This document shows, piece by piece, positions 47,347-57,891 of a stretch of 64,000 nt of DNA (position 1 is the first letter of the stretch; each line of letters opens with the position of its first letter). A program made the position numbers and the translations under genes. Under the pieces are notes generated by a model, which was not told where the DNA came from, ran no database searches, and saw only the letters and a program-made list of their open reading frames with translations. The stretch is from Candidatus Avoscillospira avistercoris (GTDB taxonomy: Bacteria > Bacillota > Clostridia > Oscillospirales > Oscillospiraceae): contig DVJJ01000078.1 of the NCBI GenBank assembly GCA_018716875.1, forward strand, positions 1,275-65,274, written 5' to 3'.

Positions 47347-47507
47347 GGATAGTTCCACATAATTTGGCAAGAGTGGTCGGCGAGGAATTTTTCGTCAGAG
47401 CAAGGTGTGGATTCACAGCCATACTGGATGTATGGCAAGAAGCCGCACCGCAGCTATGGCGGAAAAGGCCCGGCGAGCACCGCAGACACAATTATGTGGG
47501 ACTGTCC
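47347..47507 (+). repeat. Family II 127-nt rod element (47364-47490) closed by a 17-bp flanking inverted repeat, copy 1 (thrC leader)
   Basis: 5 differences from 56636-56762; flanks ggatagttccacataat / attatgtgggactgtcc. Confidence 0.92.
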
Positions 47508-47529
47508 AGAAGAAATAGAGGTAATGACC

Positions 47530-49017
47530 ATGCAGTACATCAGCACCAGAGATTCCTCCCGCCGCTACTCTGCCGCCCAGGCCATTGTCCAGGGTTTGAG
47601 CCGCGACGGCGGCCTGTTTCTGCCGGAGACCATCCCCGCCCTGACGGCGGAGGACCTGCAATCCATGGTGGGTATGACCTACCAGCAGCGGGCCGTCAAG
47701 GTCATGAAAGCCTATCTGGACGAGTTTACCGAGGAGGAGCTGGCGGAGTATGCCGCCAAGGCCTACGCCGTTCCCGGCAAGTTTGACGACGCGGCGGTGA
47801 CGCCCATTCACTCCACCCACCACAAGACCCATTTTCTGGAGCTGTGGCACGGTCCCACCTGCGCCTTTAAGGATATGGCCCTGCAAATGCTGCCCTATCT
47901 GCTGACGGCGTCCCTGCGCAAGACCGGTGAGGAGAAGACTGCCTGCATTCTGGTGGCTACCTCCGGCGACACCGGCAAGGCGGCCCTGGAGGGCTTCCGC
48001 GATGTGGACGGCACCCGGATTATGGTGTTCTACCCCAAGGACGGCGTCTCTGAGATTCAACAGCTGCAAATGGTGACCCAGGAGGGCAGCAACGTCGATG
48101 TATGCGCTGTGGTGGGCAACTTCGACGACGCTCAGACCGGTGTCAAGACCATCTTCTCTGATGAAGCTCTGCGGGCAGAGCTGGCGGGCCGCGGCTATTT
48201 CCTGTCCTCGGCCAACTCCATTAACTGGGGCCGCGTTCTGCCGCAGATTGTCTACTATGTGGCCACCTATGCCGAACTGGTCAAGCGCGGCGACATTCAG
48301 ATGGGCGACCAGATCAATTTCTGCGTCCCCACCGGCAATTTCGGCAACATTCTGGCCGGTTACTACGCCAAGCGCATGGGCGTGCCCATTGACAAGCTGC
48401 TCTGCGCCTCCAATGCCAACAACGTCCTGACGGACTTTATCCGGACCGGCATCTATGACCGGAACCGCCCGTTCCATACCACCATTTCTCCCTCCATGGA
48501 TATCCTCATTTCCTCCAACCTGGAGCGGCTGCTGTATCTGCTCAGCGGTTCCGATGCCGAGGTCCGGGGCTATATGGAGCAGCTGAACAAGACCGGCCGC
48601 TATGAGGTCTCCAAGGACATGCTGGAAAAAATCCAGGACAATTTCCTCTGTGGCTTCTGCGACGACGAGCGCACCACCAACGCCATCGGCAAGGTGTTCT
48701 CCCACGGCAAGTACCTGATGGACACCCATACCGCCGTGGCCTACACGGTGATGATGGACCATCGGGCCGCCACCGGCGACGCCACCCCCACGGTGGTGGT
48801 GTCCACGGCCAGCCCGTTCAAGTTCTGTGACAGCGTTTTGACGGCGCTGGGCGTTCAGGACCAGCGGGGCGGCGTGGAGATTCTTGACCAGCTGGCGGAG
48901 GTCTCCGGCAAGGCAGCTCCCGCGCCCCTGGCCGGTCTCAAGGGCAAGGCCCGGCGCTTTGCTCAGGTGGTGGAGAAGCAGCAGATGGCCGATGTGGTCC
49001 GGGAGGCCCTTGTGTAA
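47530..49017 (+). CDS. thrC: Threonine synthase
   Basis: YISTR, LELWHGPTCAFKD, ATSGDTG, SANSINWGR, VPTGNFGN; RBS GAGGT. Confidence 0.96.
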   Translation: MQYISTRDSSRRYSAAQAIVQGLSRDGGLFLPETIPALTAEDLQSMVGMTYQQRAVKVMKAYLDEFTEEELAEYAAKAYAVPGKFDDAAVTPIHSTHHKTHFLELWHGPTCAFKDMALQMLPYLLTASLRKTGEEKTACILVATSGDTGKAALEGFRDVDGTRIMVFYPKDGVSEIQQLQMVTQEGSNVDVCAVVGNFDDAQTGVKTIFSDEALRAELAGRGYFLSSANSINWGRVLPQIVYYVATYAELVKRGDIQMGDQINFCVPTGNFGNILAGYYAKRMGVPIDKLLCASNANNVLTDFIRTGIYDRNRPFHTTISPSMDILISSNLERLLYLLSGSDAEVRGYMEQLNKTGRYEVSKDMLEKIQDNFLCGFCDDERTTNAIGKVFSHGKYLMDTHTAVAYTVMMDHRAATGDATPTVVVSTASPFKFCDSVLTALGVQDQRGGVEILDQLAEVSGKAAPAPLAGLKGKARRFAQVVEKQQMADVVREALV

Positions 49018-49703
49018 TGGCCCTCTACGCCATGGGCGACCTGCACCTGTGTCTGGGCGCCGACAAACCCATGGATATCTTCGGCGGCGCATGGGTGGGC
49101 TATATGGACAAGCTGCGGCAGGGGTTATCCGTCATTGGCCCCGACGACACCACCGTGCTGATGGGGGATATCAGCTGGGCCCTGGGCCTGGAAGCTGCCG
49201 CCGCGGATTTTGCCTTTGTCAACGAGATTCCCGGTCGGAAAATTCTCCTCAAGGGAAACCACGATTACTGGTGGTCCACGGCCAACAAGTTCCGCCAGTT
49301 CTGCGAGGCCCACGGCTTTACCAATCTGGAGCTGCTCCACAACAACTGTCTCTATTATGAGGATGTGGCCCTCTGCGGCTCCCGTGGCTGGTTCTTTGAG
49401 GAGGACAACGGCGGCACCCACAATGAAAAGGTCTACAACCGGGAGGTTTTGCGGCTGGAAGCGTCGCTGAAAGCGGCGGGGGAGAAAGAGAAACTGTGCT
49501 TTCTCCATTACCCGCCCCTGTACCGGGGCTACCGCTGCCCGGAGATTCTGGATCTGCTCCACCGCTATGGCGTCCGGGAATGCTGCTACGGCCATCTCCA
49601 CGGACCGTCCCACCGTCTGGCCGTGGAAGGAGAGGTGGACGGCATCGCCTACCGGCTGCTGGCGGCGGATTATGTAAACTTCACCCCCCAAAAACTCCGC
49701 TGA
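49017..49703 (+). CDS. Calcineurin-like metallophosphoesterase
   Basis: DLH, GDISW, GNHDYWW, HYPP, YGHLH. Confidence 0.9.
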   Translation: MALYAMGDLHLCLGADKPMDIFGGAWVGYMDKLRQGLSVIGPDDTTVLMGDISWALGLEAAAADFAFVNEIPGRKILLKGNHDYWWSTANKFRQFCEAHGFTNLELLHNNCLYYEDVALCGSRGWFFEEDNGGTHNEKVYNREVLRLEASLKAAGEKEKLCFLHYPPLYRGYRCPEILDLLHRYGVRECCYGHLHGPSHRLAVEGEVDGIAYRLLAADYVNFTPQKLR

Positions 49704-49855
49704 CGGCGGTGGAATGGCCGGTTTTTTTCGGAAAACCGGGAAATGTTGAAAAAAACAGTGGAAATGCGCCGGGATTTCTGCTAGAATAGTACGGCATATA
49801 ATTCGGTGCAATATGGCTGCCCACCGGCAGCCCACCACATAGGAGGAATACACCA

Positions 49856-51298
49856 ATGAACGTAAAGAGCGTTGAGAAAGAGAACGGCAATGCCAAAATC
49901 GTAGTTGCGATTGCCAAGGATACCTTTGAGAACGGCCTCAACAAGGCCTATCTGAAGAACCGCAAGCACATCGCCATCCCCGGCTTCCGCAAGGGCAAGG
50001 CCCCCCGCAAGGTCATCGAGGGTATGTACGGCGCTGAGGTGTTCTTTGAGGACGCCATCAATGAGCTGTTCCCCGAGATCTATGAGAAGGCCGTTGTGGA
50101 GCAGAAGCTGAACGCCGTGGGCATGCCCTCCGTCGTTGACCTGAACAAGGAAGAGGACGGCACTGTCGTTCTGACCATCGAAACCGCTCTGTATCCCGAA
50201 GTGACCCTGGGCCAGTACAAGGGCCTGGAGGTTCCCAAGGCTGAGGTCAACGTCACCGACGAGGAGATTGATGCCGAGCTGGACCGCATGGCCGAGCGCA
50301 ACGCCCGTATCTCCACCGTGGACCGCGCTGCGGAAATGGGCGATACCCTGGTCTTCGACTTCGAGGGCTTTGTGGACGGCAAGCCCTTCGACGGCGGCAA
50401 GGCTGAGGGCTATATCCTGAAGCTTGGCTCCCATCAGTTCATCCCCGGCTTTGAAGAGGCTCTGGTGGGCGTCAAGGCCGACGAGGAGAAGGACGTGGAG
50501 GTCACTTTCCCCGAGCAGTACACCCCCGAGCTGGCCGGCAAGCCCGCCGTCTTCAAGTGCAAGATCCACGAGGTCAAGGAGACCGTGCGTCCCGCGCTGG
50601 ACGACGAGTTCGCCAAGGACGTGTCCGAGTTCGACACCCTGGACGCCCTGAAGGAGGACATCCGCAAGCGCTTCACCGAGAACCGCGAGCGTGCCGTCAA
50701 CCAGGAGTTTGACAACACCGCCGTCACTATGGCCGCCGACAACATGACCTGTGAGATTCCCGCCTGCATGATTGACGAGCAGGTGGACAAGCAGATGGAG
50801 CAGTTCGGCTACCAGCTGCAGGCCAGCGGCATGAAGATGGAGGACTACGCCAAGATGATGGGCGGCGACCTGAACGGCCTGCGCTCCAACATGCGTCCCA
50901 TGGCGGAGAAGACCGTCCGCGCCAATGTGCTCCTGAGCCAGATCGTGGAAGAGGAGAAGATCGAGGTCTCCGAGGAGGAGATTGAGGCCGAGTACGCTTC
51001 CCTGGCTGAGCAGTATTCCATGGAGCTGGAGAAGGTCAAGGCCGCTCTGCCCGTGGAGAGCCTGAAGATTGACCTGGCCACCCGGAAGGCCGTCCGTCTG
51101 ATTGCCGACAGCGCCGTGGCCGTGGCCCCCAAGGCCGCCGAGGAGACCGCTGAGGAAGAGGCTGAGAAGAAGCCCGCCAAGAAGCGCACCACCAAGAAGA
51201 AGGCCGACGAGACCGCTGAGGCTGCCGAGGGCGAGGAGAAGCCCAAGAAGCGCACCACCCGCAAGAAGGCCGAGACGGAGACCAAGACCGAGGAATAA
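49856..51298 (+). CDS. tig: Trigger factor
   Basis: PGFRKGKAP, FKBP domain FIPGFEE. Confidence 0.97.
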   Translation: MNVKSVEKENGNAKIVVAIAKDTFENGLNKAYLKNRKHIAIPGFRKGKAPRKVIEGMYGAEVFFEDAINELFPEIYEKAVVEQKLNAVGMPSVVDLNKEEDGTVVLTIETALYPEVTLGQYKGLEVPKAEVNVTDEEIDAELDRMAERNARISTVDRAAEMGDTLVFDFEGFVDGKPFDGGKAEGYILKLGSHQFIPGFEEALVGVKADEEKDVEVTFPEQYTPELAGKPAVFKCKIHEVKETVRPALDDEFAKDVSEFDTLDALKEDIRKRFTENRERAVNQEFDNTAVTMAADNMTCEIPACMIDEQVDKQMEQFGYQLQASGMKMEDYAKMMGGDLNGLRSNMRPMAEKTVRANVLLSQIVEEEKIEVSEEEIEAEYASLAEQYSMELEKVKAALPVESLKIDLATRKAVRLIADSAVAVAPKAAEETAEEEAEKKPAKKRTTKKKADETAEAAEGEEKPKKRTTRKKAETETKTEE

Positions 51299-51352
51299 TT
51301 TTCCGGTCAGGCGGTTAGAATGTTTCATCCAACGAAAGGAGACAGTAACCCC

Positions 51353-51937
51353 ATGAGCCTAGTTCCCTATGTCGTGGAGCAGACCAGCCGCGGCGAGCGG
51401 TCCTATGATATTTTCTCCCGGCTGCTCAACGACCGCATTGTGATGCTTTCCGAGGAGGTCAACGATACGACCGCCAGCCTGATCGTCGCCCAGATGTTGT
51501 ATCTGGAGGCCCAGGACCCCGATAAGGATATTCAGTTTTATATCAATTCCCCCGGCGGCTCCGTCACAGCCGGTATGGCCATCTACGATACGATGAATTA
51601 CGTCAAGTGCGACGTTTCCACCATCTGCATCGGTATGGCCGCCAGCATGGGCGCGTTTCTGCTGTCCGCCGGCGCCAAGGGCAAGCGCATGGCGCTGCCC
51701 AACGCCGAAATCATGATCCATCAGCCCTCCGGCGGCGCCCGGGGTCAGGCCTCGGATATCAAGATCCAGGCCGAGTGGATGCTGCGGACCCGGGAGAAGC
51801 TCAACAAGATCCTCTCGGAGAACACCGGCAAGAGCATTGAGCAGATCGCCATCGACACCGAGCGCGACAACTTTATGCCCGCCGAGGAGGCCGTGGAATA
51901 CGGTCTCATCGACAAGATCGTATACCCCAAACGGTAA
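51353..51937 (+). CDS. clpP: ATP-dependent Clp protease proteolytic subunit
   Basis: [29 protein letters not shown]. Confidence 0.97.
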   Translation: MSLVPYVVEQTSRGERSYDIFSRLLNDRIVMLSEEVNDTTASLIVAQMLYLEAQDPDKDIQFYINSPGGSVTAGMAIYDTMNYVKCDVSTICIGMAASMGAFLLSAGAKGKRMALPNAEIMIHQPSGGARGQASDIKIQAEWMLRTREKLNKILSENTGKSIEQIAIDTERDNFMPAEEAVEYGLIDKIVYPKR

Positions 51938-52012
51938 CAACGGCCAAGGCGCATCGGACAGCCGTCTGATGCGCCGAAGTCGGTTTTTGAACAGACAGAA
52001 GGAGGCATTCCA

Positions 52013-53287
52013 TTGGCGCGCAATGACGAGCGCAGCGTTCGCTGCAGCTTTTGCGGCAAGACCCAGGATCAGGTGGTGCGGCTGATCGCCGGCCCCAACG
52101 TCTATATCTGCAATGAGTGTATCGAGCTGTGCTCCAGCATTCTGCACGACGAGATGGTGGACGATACCGACCACCAGTTGGTGCTGCCGGAAAAGCTGCC
52201 TACGCCCAAAGAGATCAAGGAATATATGGATGGCTATATCATCGGACAGGACGAGGCAAAAATGGCCCTGTCGGTGGCCGTCTACAACCACTATAAGCGT
52301 ATCTACTTCGAGAACAGCGCCTCCGATGTGGAATTGCAGAAGAGCAACATTCTGCTCATCGGACCCACGGGCAGCGGCAAGACCCTCTTTGCCCAAACCC
52401 TGGCCAAGATTCTCAACGTGCCCTTTGCCATCGCGGACGCCACCACCCTCACCGAGGCCGGCTACGTGGGCGAGGACGTGGAGAATATTCTGCTGCGGCT
52501 GTTGCAGGCCGCCGATTTTGATGTGGAACTGGCCCAGCGGGGCATCATCTATATCGACGAGATGGACAAGATCGCCCGCAAGAGCGAAAATACGTCCATC
52601 ACCCGCGACGTGTCCGGCGAAGGCGTCCAGCAGGCGCTTTTGAAGATTCTGGAGGGCACCGTGGCCAATGTGCCGCCCCAGGGCGGCCGCAAGCACCCCC
52701 AGCAGGAATTTATTCAGATTGATACCTCCAACATCCTCTTTATCTGCGGCGGCGCCTTCGACGGTCTGGACAAGATCATCGGCCGCCGTACCGACCGCAG
52801 CTCCATCGGCTTCGGCGGCGAGGTCAAGAGCAAGAAGAACCGGGATGTGGGCGAGCTGTTCCGGGAGGTGCAGCCCCATGACCTGCTGAAATTCGGCATC
52901 ATCCCCGAACTGGTGGGCCGTCTGCCGGTGATCACCAGCTTGCAGAGCCTCCAGAAGGAGGATTTGATCAGGATTCTCACGGAGCCCAAGAACGCCCTGT
53001 GCAAGCAGTACGCCAAGCTTCTGGAATACGATCATGTGGAGCTGAACTTTGAGCAGGAGGCGCTGGAGGCCGTGGCCGAAAAGGCCATGGAACGGCAAAT
53101 CGGCGCCCGCGGCCTGCGGGCCATCCTGGAAGACGTCATGACCGGTATCATGTACGAGATTCCCTCGGACCCCACCATTACACGGGTTCTGGTGACGGCG
53201 GACAGCGTCCGCAACGGCGCCAAGCCCCAGGAGTTCCGGGACGAGCGGGCCGTGCTGCCGGAGGCCGGCTCTGCCGACGCGTCGTAA
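52013..53287 (+). CDS. clpX: ClpX ATPase
   Basis: CSFCGK zinc finger, [11 protein letters not shown] loop; TTG start after GGAGG. Confidence 0.97.
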   Translation: MARNDERSVRCSFCGKTQDQVVRLIAGPNVYICNECIELCSSILHDEMVDDTDHQLVLPEKLPTPKEIKEYMDGYIIGQDEAKMALSVAVYNHYKRIYFENSASDVELQKSNILLIGPTGSGKTLFAQTLAKILNVPFAIADATTLTEAGYVGEDVENILLRLLQAADFDVELAQRGIIYIDEMDKIARKSENTSITRDVSGEGVQQALLKILEGTVANVPPQGGRKHPQQEFIQIDTSNILFICGGAFDGLDKIIGRRTDRSSIGFGGEVKSKKNRDVGELFREVQPHDLLKFGIIPELVGRLPVITSLQSLQKEDLIRILTEPKNALCKQYAKLLEYDHVELNFEQEALEAVAEKAMERQIGARGLRAILEDVMTGIMYEIPSDPTITRVLVTADSVRNGAKPQEFRDERAVLPEAGSADAS

Positions 53288-53423
53288 TCGGGCCATGGGA
53301 CCCGATCCCGGCGCAAGCCCGACGGAGAACCCCCCGACGGCCCAATACTTGCCATAAAAGGGGGCCAAACGGCCCCCTTTTGTCAATTTCCGCGGAGGAT
53401 TCCCCGGAAAGGAGAGTGTAACC

Positions 53424-55859
53424 ATGAACGATATCATCCTGTCTGAGCGGCTGCCGGTGCTGGCGCTGCGCGGACTGTGTGTATTTCCCAAAATGCTGGT
53501 CCACTTTGACGTGGGCCGCGAAAAGTCCATCCGGGCCGTGGACGAGGCCATGCGGACCAATCAGGAGATTTTCCTCGTTGCCCAAAAGAACGTGGCCACC
53601 GACAAGCCGGGTATGGACGACCTCTACGAGATCGGCACCGTGGCCCATATCCGCCAGGTGTTGAAGCTGCCCGGCGACACGGTGCGTATTCTGGTGGAGG
53701 GCGAATACCGGGCCCATGTGACCCAGTGGATTCAGGAGGAGCCCTTTTTCCGGGGCCGGGTGGAGCTGCTGCCCGACGGCAAGTACAATCCCGACGCCGT
53801 CCGCAGCGAAGCGCTGCTGCGCCAGTGCTTGCAGCTGTTTGACCAATTCCTGGAGCTGACGCCCAAGTCGGTCCAGGAGGGGCTGCATCAGGTGTTTGCC
53901 TCGGAGGATTTGAGCTATGTGGCGGACTTTGCCGCCCAGAATGCCTCCATTTCCTACAGCGATAAGCAGCGGGTTCTGGAACAGCTGGTTCCCACCAAGC
54001 GGGCCGCCGTTATCAGCGCCATGCTGGCCAAGGAAATCGAGGTCCTGCGGCTGGAAAATGAGCTCCAAGAAAAGGTCCAGGAGAGCGTCAACCGCAGCCA
54101 GAAGGAATACTATATCCGGGAGCAGATGAAGGTCCTGCGGCGAGAGCTGGGGGACGATGAGGACAGCGAGATTCTCGAATACGAGGAGCGCATTGAGGCC
54201 CTCAAGCTGCCGGAAGAGGTGGACAAGAAGCTCCACAAGGAGGTCCAGCGGTTGGCCCGTCAGCCCGGCGGTTCCTCCGAGGCCGCCGTCATCCGCAACT
54301 ATCTGGACATCTGCCTGGAGCTGCCCTGGAACGAGCGCACCAAGGAGCGGGTGGACGTGAAAGCGGCCAAAAAGCTGCTGGACCATGACCATTTCGGCCT
54401 GGACAAGGTGAAGGAGCGGGTTCTGGAAGTGCTGGCCGTCAAGAAGATGGCCCCGGAGCTGCCGGGACAGATCATCTGTCTGGTGGGCCCTCCCGGCACC
54501 GGTAAAACGTCCATCGCCATGTCCATTGCCAAGAGCCTGAACCGGAAGCTGGCCCGGATTTCCCTCGGCGGCGTCCATGACGAGGCCGATATTCGCGGCC
54601 ACCGGAAGACGTATATCGGCGCCATGCCGGGCCGGATTATCAACGGTATTTTGCAGGCCGGTACCCGCAATCCGCTGATGCTCCTGGACGAGATCGACAA
54701 GATGGGCGCCGATTATAAGGGTGACCCGTCGGCGGCATTGCTGGAGGTTCTGGACAGCGAGCAGAACGGCACGTTCCGGGACCACTATATCGAGCTGCCC
54801 TTCGACCTGTCGGAGTGCATGTTTATCACCACGGCCAACACCCTGGATACGGTGCCCCGGCCCCTGCTGGACCGTATGGAGGTCATCGAGCTCAGCTCCT
54901 ATACCGACGAGGAAAAGCTGCGCATTGCCAAGGACCATCTGCTGCCCAAGGTCATGGCCCGCCACGGCCTGACCAAGCAACAGCTGCGGGTCACGGACGA
55001 GGCCATCCGGGAGACCATTACCTGCTATACACGGGAATCCGGCGTCCGGAACCTGGAACGGCAGATGGCTGCCATCTGCCGCAAGGCTGACATGCGGTTC
55101 GTCTCCGATAACGCCCCCAAACGCATCACCGTGACCGGAGCCAATCTGGAGGAATTTCTCGGTGTCCGCCGGTATCTGCCCGATGAAAAGCCCGCCACCG
55201 ACCAGGTGGGTCTGGTGACGGGGCTGGCCTGGACGTCCGTCGGCGGTGAGACGCTGGAGGTGGAGGTCAACGTGGTGGACGGCACCGGTAAGCTGGAGCT
55301 CACCGGCAACCTGGGTGACGTCATGAAGGAGTCGGCCCACGCCGCCATGAGCTATATCCGGTCCCGTGCCGCCAAGTTCGGCATTGCCCCGGACTTTTAC
55401 CAGACCAAGGATATCCACGTCCATTTCCCTGAGGGCGCAGTTCCCAAGGACGGCCCTTCGGCGGGTATTACCGTCTGCACCGCCATGGTGTCGGCGCTGA
55501 CCGGAGCCACGGTCCGCCGGGACATTGCTATGACCGGTGAAATCTCCATCCGGGGCCGGGTGCTGGCCATCGGCGGATTGAAGGAGAAAACCATGGCGGC
55601 GCTGCGCCACGGCGTGAAAACCGTCATCATCCCCGCTGCCAACGAGAAGGACCTGGAGGAAATCGACCAGACGGTGCGCAAGGCGCTGAACTTTATCACC
55701 GTCCGCCATGTGGACGCCGTCATCGAGGCGGCGCTGGATTTTGGTCCCTGTCAGAAGAACGACGTTCCCACAGAGCCGGAACCGGAGCCCCAGCCCGCCA
55801 AGGAGCTGCCCCTGCCGGTGCCGGAAACCGGCGGCGACCGGACCGGTCTGCGCCAGTGA
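53424..55859 (+). CDS. lon: Lon protease
   Basis: [23 protein letters not shown]. Confidence 0.97.
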   Translation: MNDIILSERLPVLALRGLCVFPKMLVHFDVGREKSIRAVDEAMRTNQEIFLVAQKNVATDKPGMDDLYEIGTVAHIRQVLKLPGDTVRILVEGEYRAHVTQWIQEEPFFRGRVELLPDGKYNPDAVRSEALLRQCLQLFDQFLELTPKSVQEGLHQVFASEDLSYVADFAAQNASISYSDKQRVLEQLVPTKRAAVISAMLAKEIEVLRLENELQEKVQESVNRSQKEYYIREQMKVLRRELGDDEDSEILEYEERIEALKLPEEVDKKLHKEVQRLARQPGGSSEAAVIRNYLDICLELPWNERTKERVDVKAAKKLLDHDHFGLDKVKERVLEVLAVKKMAPELPGQIICLVGPPGTGKTSIAMSIAKSLNRKLARISLGGVHDEADIRGHRKTYIGAMPGRIINGILQAGTRNPLMLLDEIDKMGADYKGDPSAALLEVLDSEQNGTFRDHYIELPFDLSECMFITTANTLDTVPRPLLDRMEVIELSSYTDEEKLRIAKDHLLPKVMARHGLTKQQLRVTDEAIRETITCYTRESGVRNLERQMAAICRKADMRFVSDNAPKRITVTGANLEEFLGVRRYLPDEKPATDQVGLVTGLAWTSVGGETLEVEVNVVDGTGKLELTGNLGDVMKESAHAAMSYIRSRAAKFGIAPDFYQTKDIHVHFPEGAVPKDGPSAGITVCTAMVSALTGATVRRDIAMTGEISIRGRVLAIGGLKEKTMAALRHGVKTVIIPAANEKDLEEIDQTVRKALNFITVRHVDAVIEAALDFGPCQKNDVPTEPEPEPQPAKELPLPVPETGGDRTGLRQ

Positions 55860-55872
55860 GAGGAGGGGCCTT

Positions 55873-56460
55873 GTGAATCTGCATAACGCGGAGTTTGTCA
55901 TCTCCTCTACGGCCATTGCCGATTGTCCCCGGGACGGTTTGCCCCAGGTGGCCTTTGCCGGAAAATCCAACGTGGGCAAATCCTCGGTCATCAACCGGGT
56001 ATTGCAGCGGAAAAACTTTGCCCGTGTGGGCGAGGCCCCCGGCAAAACCACCCATATCAACTATTTCCGCATCGACCAGAAATTGTATCTGGTGGACCTG
56101 CCGGGCTACGGCTATGCCAAGGTCAGCAAGGCCGAAAAAGACCGGTGGGGCAAGCTGATGGAGGCATATTTTGCCTCAGGGCTGATTGACTACGGCGTGA
56201 TGATTGTGGACGCCCGCCACAAGCCCACGGCCAACGACATGACCATGGCGGAGTGGTTCAAAAACTCCGGCAAGCCCTTTGTCATTGTGGCCAACAAGCT
56301 GGACAAGCTGCGCAAACGGGACATTGAGCCCAATCTGGCCCTGATCCGGCAAACGCTGGAGCTGCCGGAAACGGTGGAAATCATTGCCTTTTCCGCGGAA
56401 AAGGGCGACGGCCGCGACGCCCTGGTGGGAATCCTCCAGAGTGTTGCCGGTGACGCCTGA
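55873..56460 (+). CDS. yihA: Ribosome biogenesis GTPase EngB/YihA/YsxC
   Basis: GKSNVGKSS, DLPGYGY, NKLDK; GTG start after AGGAGG. Confidence 0.95.
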   Translation: MNLHNAEFVISSTAIADCPRDGLPQVAFAGKSNVGKSSVINRVLQRKNFARVGEAPGKTTHINYFRIDQKLYLVDLPGYGYAKVSKAEKDRWGKLMEAYFASGLIDYGVMIVDARHKPTANDMTMAEWFKNSGKPFVIVANKLDKLRKRDIEPNLALIRQTLELPETVEIIAFSAEKGDGRDALVGILQSVAGDA

Positions 56461-56511
56461 GCAATACAAGGGCGCGCTGCCTGGGTTGCAGCGCGCCCGT
56501 TGTTGTATGGT

Positions 56512-56810
56512 GGGATTTCGCGCCGTGCGCGGCGCGGGTGCTTCGCTGACTGCGGCCAACGGGAATTTCGCCCGCTGCGGCGGGCGACCAAAGGCTCTGC
56601 CTCTGGACTCCGCGATTTGGGCTGCCCGCCGCCCGTTGGCAAGCGTGGTCGGCGAGGAATTTTTCGTCAGAGCAAGGTGTGGGTTCGCAGCCATACTGGA
56701 TGTATGGCAAGAAACCGCACCGCGGCTATGGCGGAAAAGGCCCGGCGAGCACCGCAGACACACGGGCGGTGGGTAGCCCTCACAAGAAAAAAATCGAGTA
56801 AAACTTTTTA
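56512..56810 (+). repeat. Family I repeat, copy E (partial, interrupted by a family II element)
   Basis: Family I modules at 56512-56618 and terminal GAAAAAAATCGAGTAAAACTTTT at 56786-56810. Confidence 0.88.
56619..56779 (+). repeat. Family II element (56636-56762) with 17-bp flanking inverted repeat, copy 2
   Basis: Flanks gggctgcccgccgcccg / cgggcggtgggtagccc. Confidence 0.92.
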
Positions 56811-57035
56811 TTCTGTGGTGGCGTCGTGTGGCTCCCAGCAGGATGTCTCCCGGTTCCAGAACTCCGTGTGACTGCCGTCATCGTCCATAGTCAGCCGGGC
56901 CAGATAGTTGCGCCGGTCCTTGCCATAGGCCCGCCGGGCTTCTTCTTCCGACTGGGTGACAAACACGTTGAGATAATCGCTGTGGCCCTCGGGGCCGAGG
57001 AACTGGATGCCGGTCTCATAGTAGACCAATGCCAT
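56808..57035 (-). CDS. Small hypothetical protein (75 aa)
   Basis: Plausible codon usage and purine-rich RBS region; antisense to its neighbours; no family recognised. Confidence 0.55.
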   Translation of the reverse strand: MALVYYETGIQFLGPEGHSDYLNVFVTQSEEEARRAYGKDRRNYLARLTMDDDGSHTEFWNRETSCWEPHDATTE

Positions 57036-57195
57036 GGGGTATCCCGCCTTCCCGTTGTATGTTTTTGCTTATTGTAACAGATTTTGCCGCCCTTGGATAG
57101 GGGCGGCGCGAGAAATTTCCTGCTGCCCGCCTGTCCCTTGCAAAAGGGCCGGGCCGGTGCTATACTGGTTAAAACGACCAAAAGGAGGGGCTTTT

Positions 57196-57882
57196 TTGCA
57201 CGGATTTACCGCGTGGCTCCATCAACTGCAATTCGGCTGGCTGTCGGATATGCTGCTGATTGTTCTGGCGTCTCTGCTGTGTATCACCATCAATGAGACG
57301 TGTCACGGTCTGGCCGCCTACCGCCTGGGGGACCCCACGGCCAAACTGGCCGGACGGCTGACCCTGAACCCCCTGCGCCACATCGACATTCTCGGCCTTT
57401 TGATGATGGCCGTGGCACGGTTCGGCTGGGCCAAGCCGGTGCCAATCAATATGAACAATTTTAAAAACCCCAAACGGGACATGGCCCTGACGGCCCTGGC
57501 CGGACCCATTTCCAACATTCTGCTGGCCTGGGCGGCCCTGGTGGTCCGGGGCCTGCTGATGGTGCTGATGATTCACCGGGGCCCCAACAGTCTGGGCCAA
57601 TGGCTGATTACCTTTACTGAGTATGTAGCTGTCCTGTCGGCCGGTCTGGCGGTGTTCAACCTGATTCCCATTTCCCCCCTGGACGGTTCCAAGGTCCTCT
57701 TTGCCGTGCTGCCGTCCCAAAGTTACGCCAATCTGATGCGCTATGAGCGATACGGTATGCTTTTGCTGATGGTGGTGCTGCTGGCTGGTTGGCTGGACGG
57801 GCCCCTCTATTATCTCCGTACCGGCCTGCTGAATCTGCTGCAGCCCTTGGCCCTGTGGCCGGCAGAACTGCTGCTGCGGTAG
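57196..57882 (+). CDS. Site-2 protease (M50) family membrane protein
   Basis: NETCHG in place of HExxHG, LGDPT, GWAKPVP, AGP.SN, FNLIPISPLDG; TTG start after AAGGAGG. Confidence 0.88.
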   Translation: MHGFTAWLHQLQFGWLSDMLLIVLASLLCITINETCHGLAAYRLGDPTAKLAGRLTLNPLRHIDILGLLMMAVARFGWAKPVPINMNNFKNPKRDMALTALAGPISNILLAWAALVVRGLLMVLMIHRGPNSLGQWLITFTEYVAVLSAGLAVFNLIPISPLDGSKVLFAVLPSQSYANLMRYERYGMLLLMVVLLAGWLDGPLYYLRTGLLNLLQPLALWPAELLLR

Positions 57883-57891
57883 GAGGGCCCC

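Noticed and set aside
47407-47529. N-terminal extension of ThrC and short ORFs over the repeats (4412, 11939, 35156, 47364, 56384)
   Set aside because: They are translations of the repeat elements; the true thrC start has an RBS at 47518
51130-51298. K/E/A/T-rich repeats at the trigger factor C-terminus
   Set aside because: Low-complexity tail, common in this group
14549-56060. Very long antisense ORFs (e.g. 14549-17221, 51359-53560, 53178-56060, 38617-40527)
   Set aside because: Shadow ORFs from high-GC codon bias opposite well-conserved genes
4651-56810. Repeats as a CRISPR array or complete IS
   Set aside because: Copies are dispersed, with no repeat-spacer periodicity, no cas or transposase ORF and no TIR/TSD
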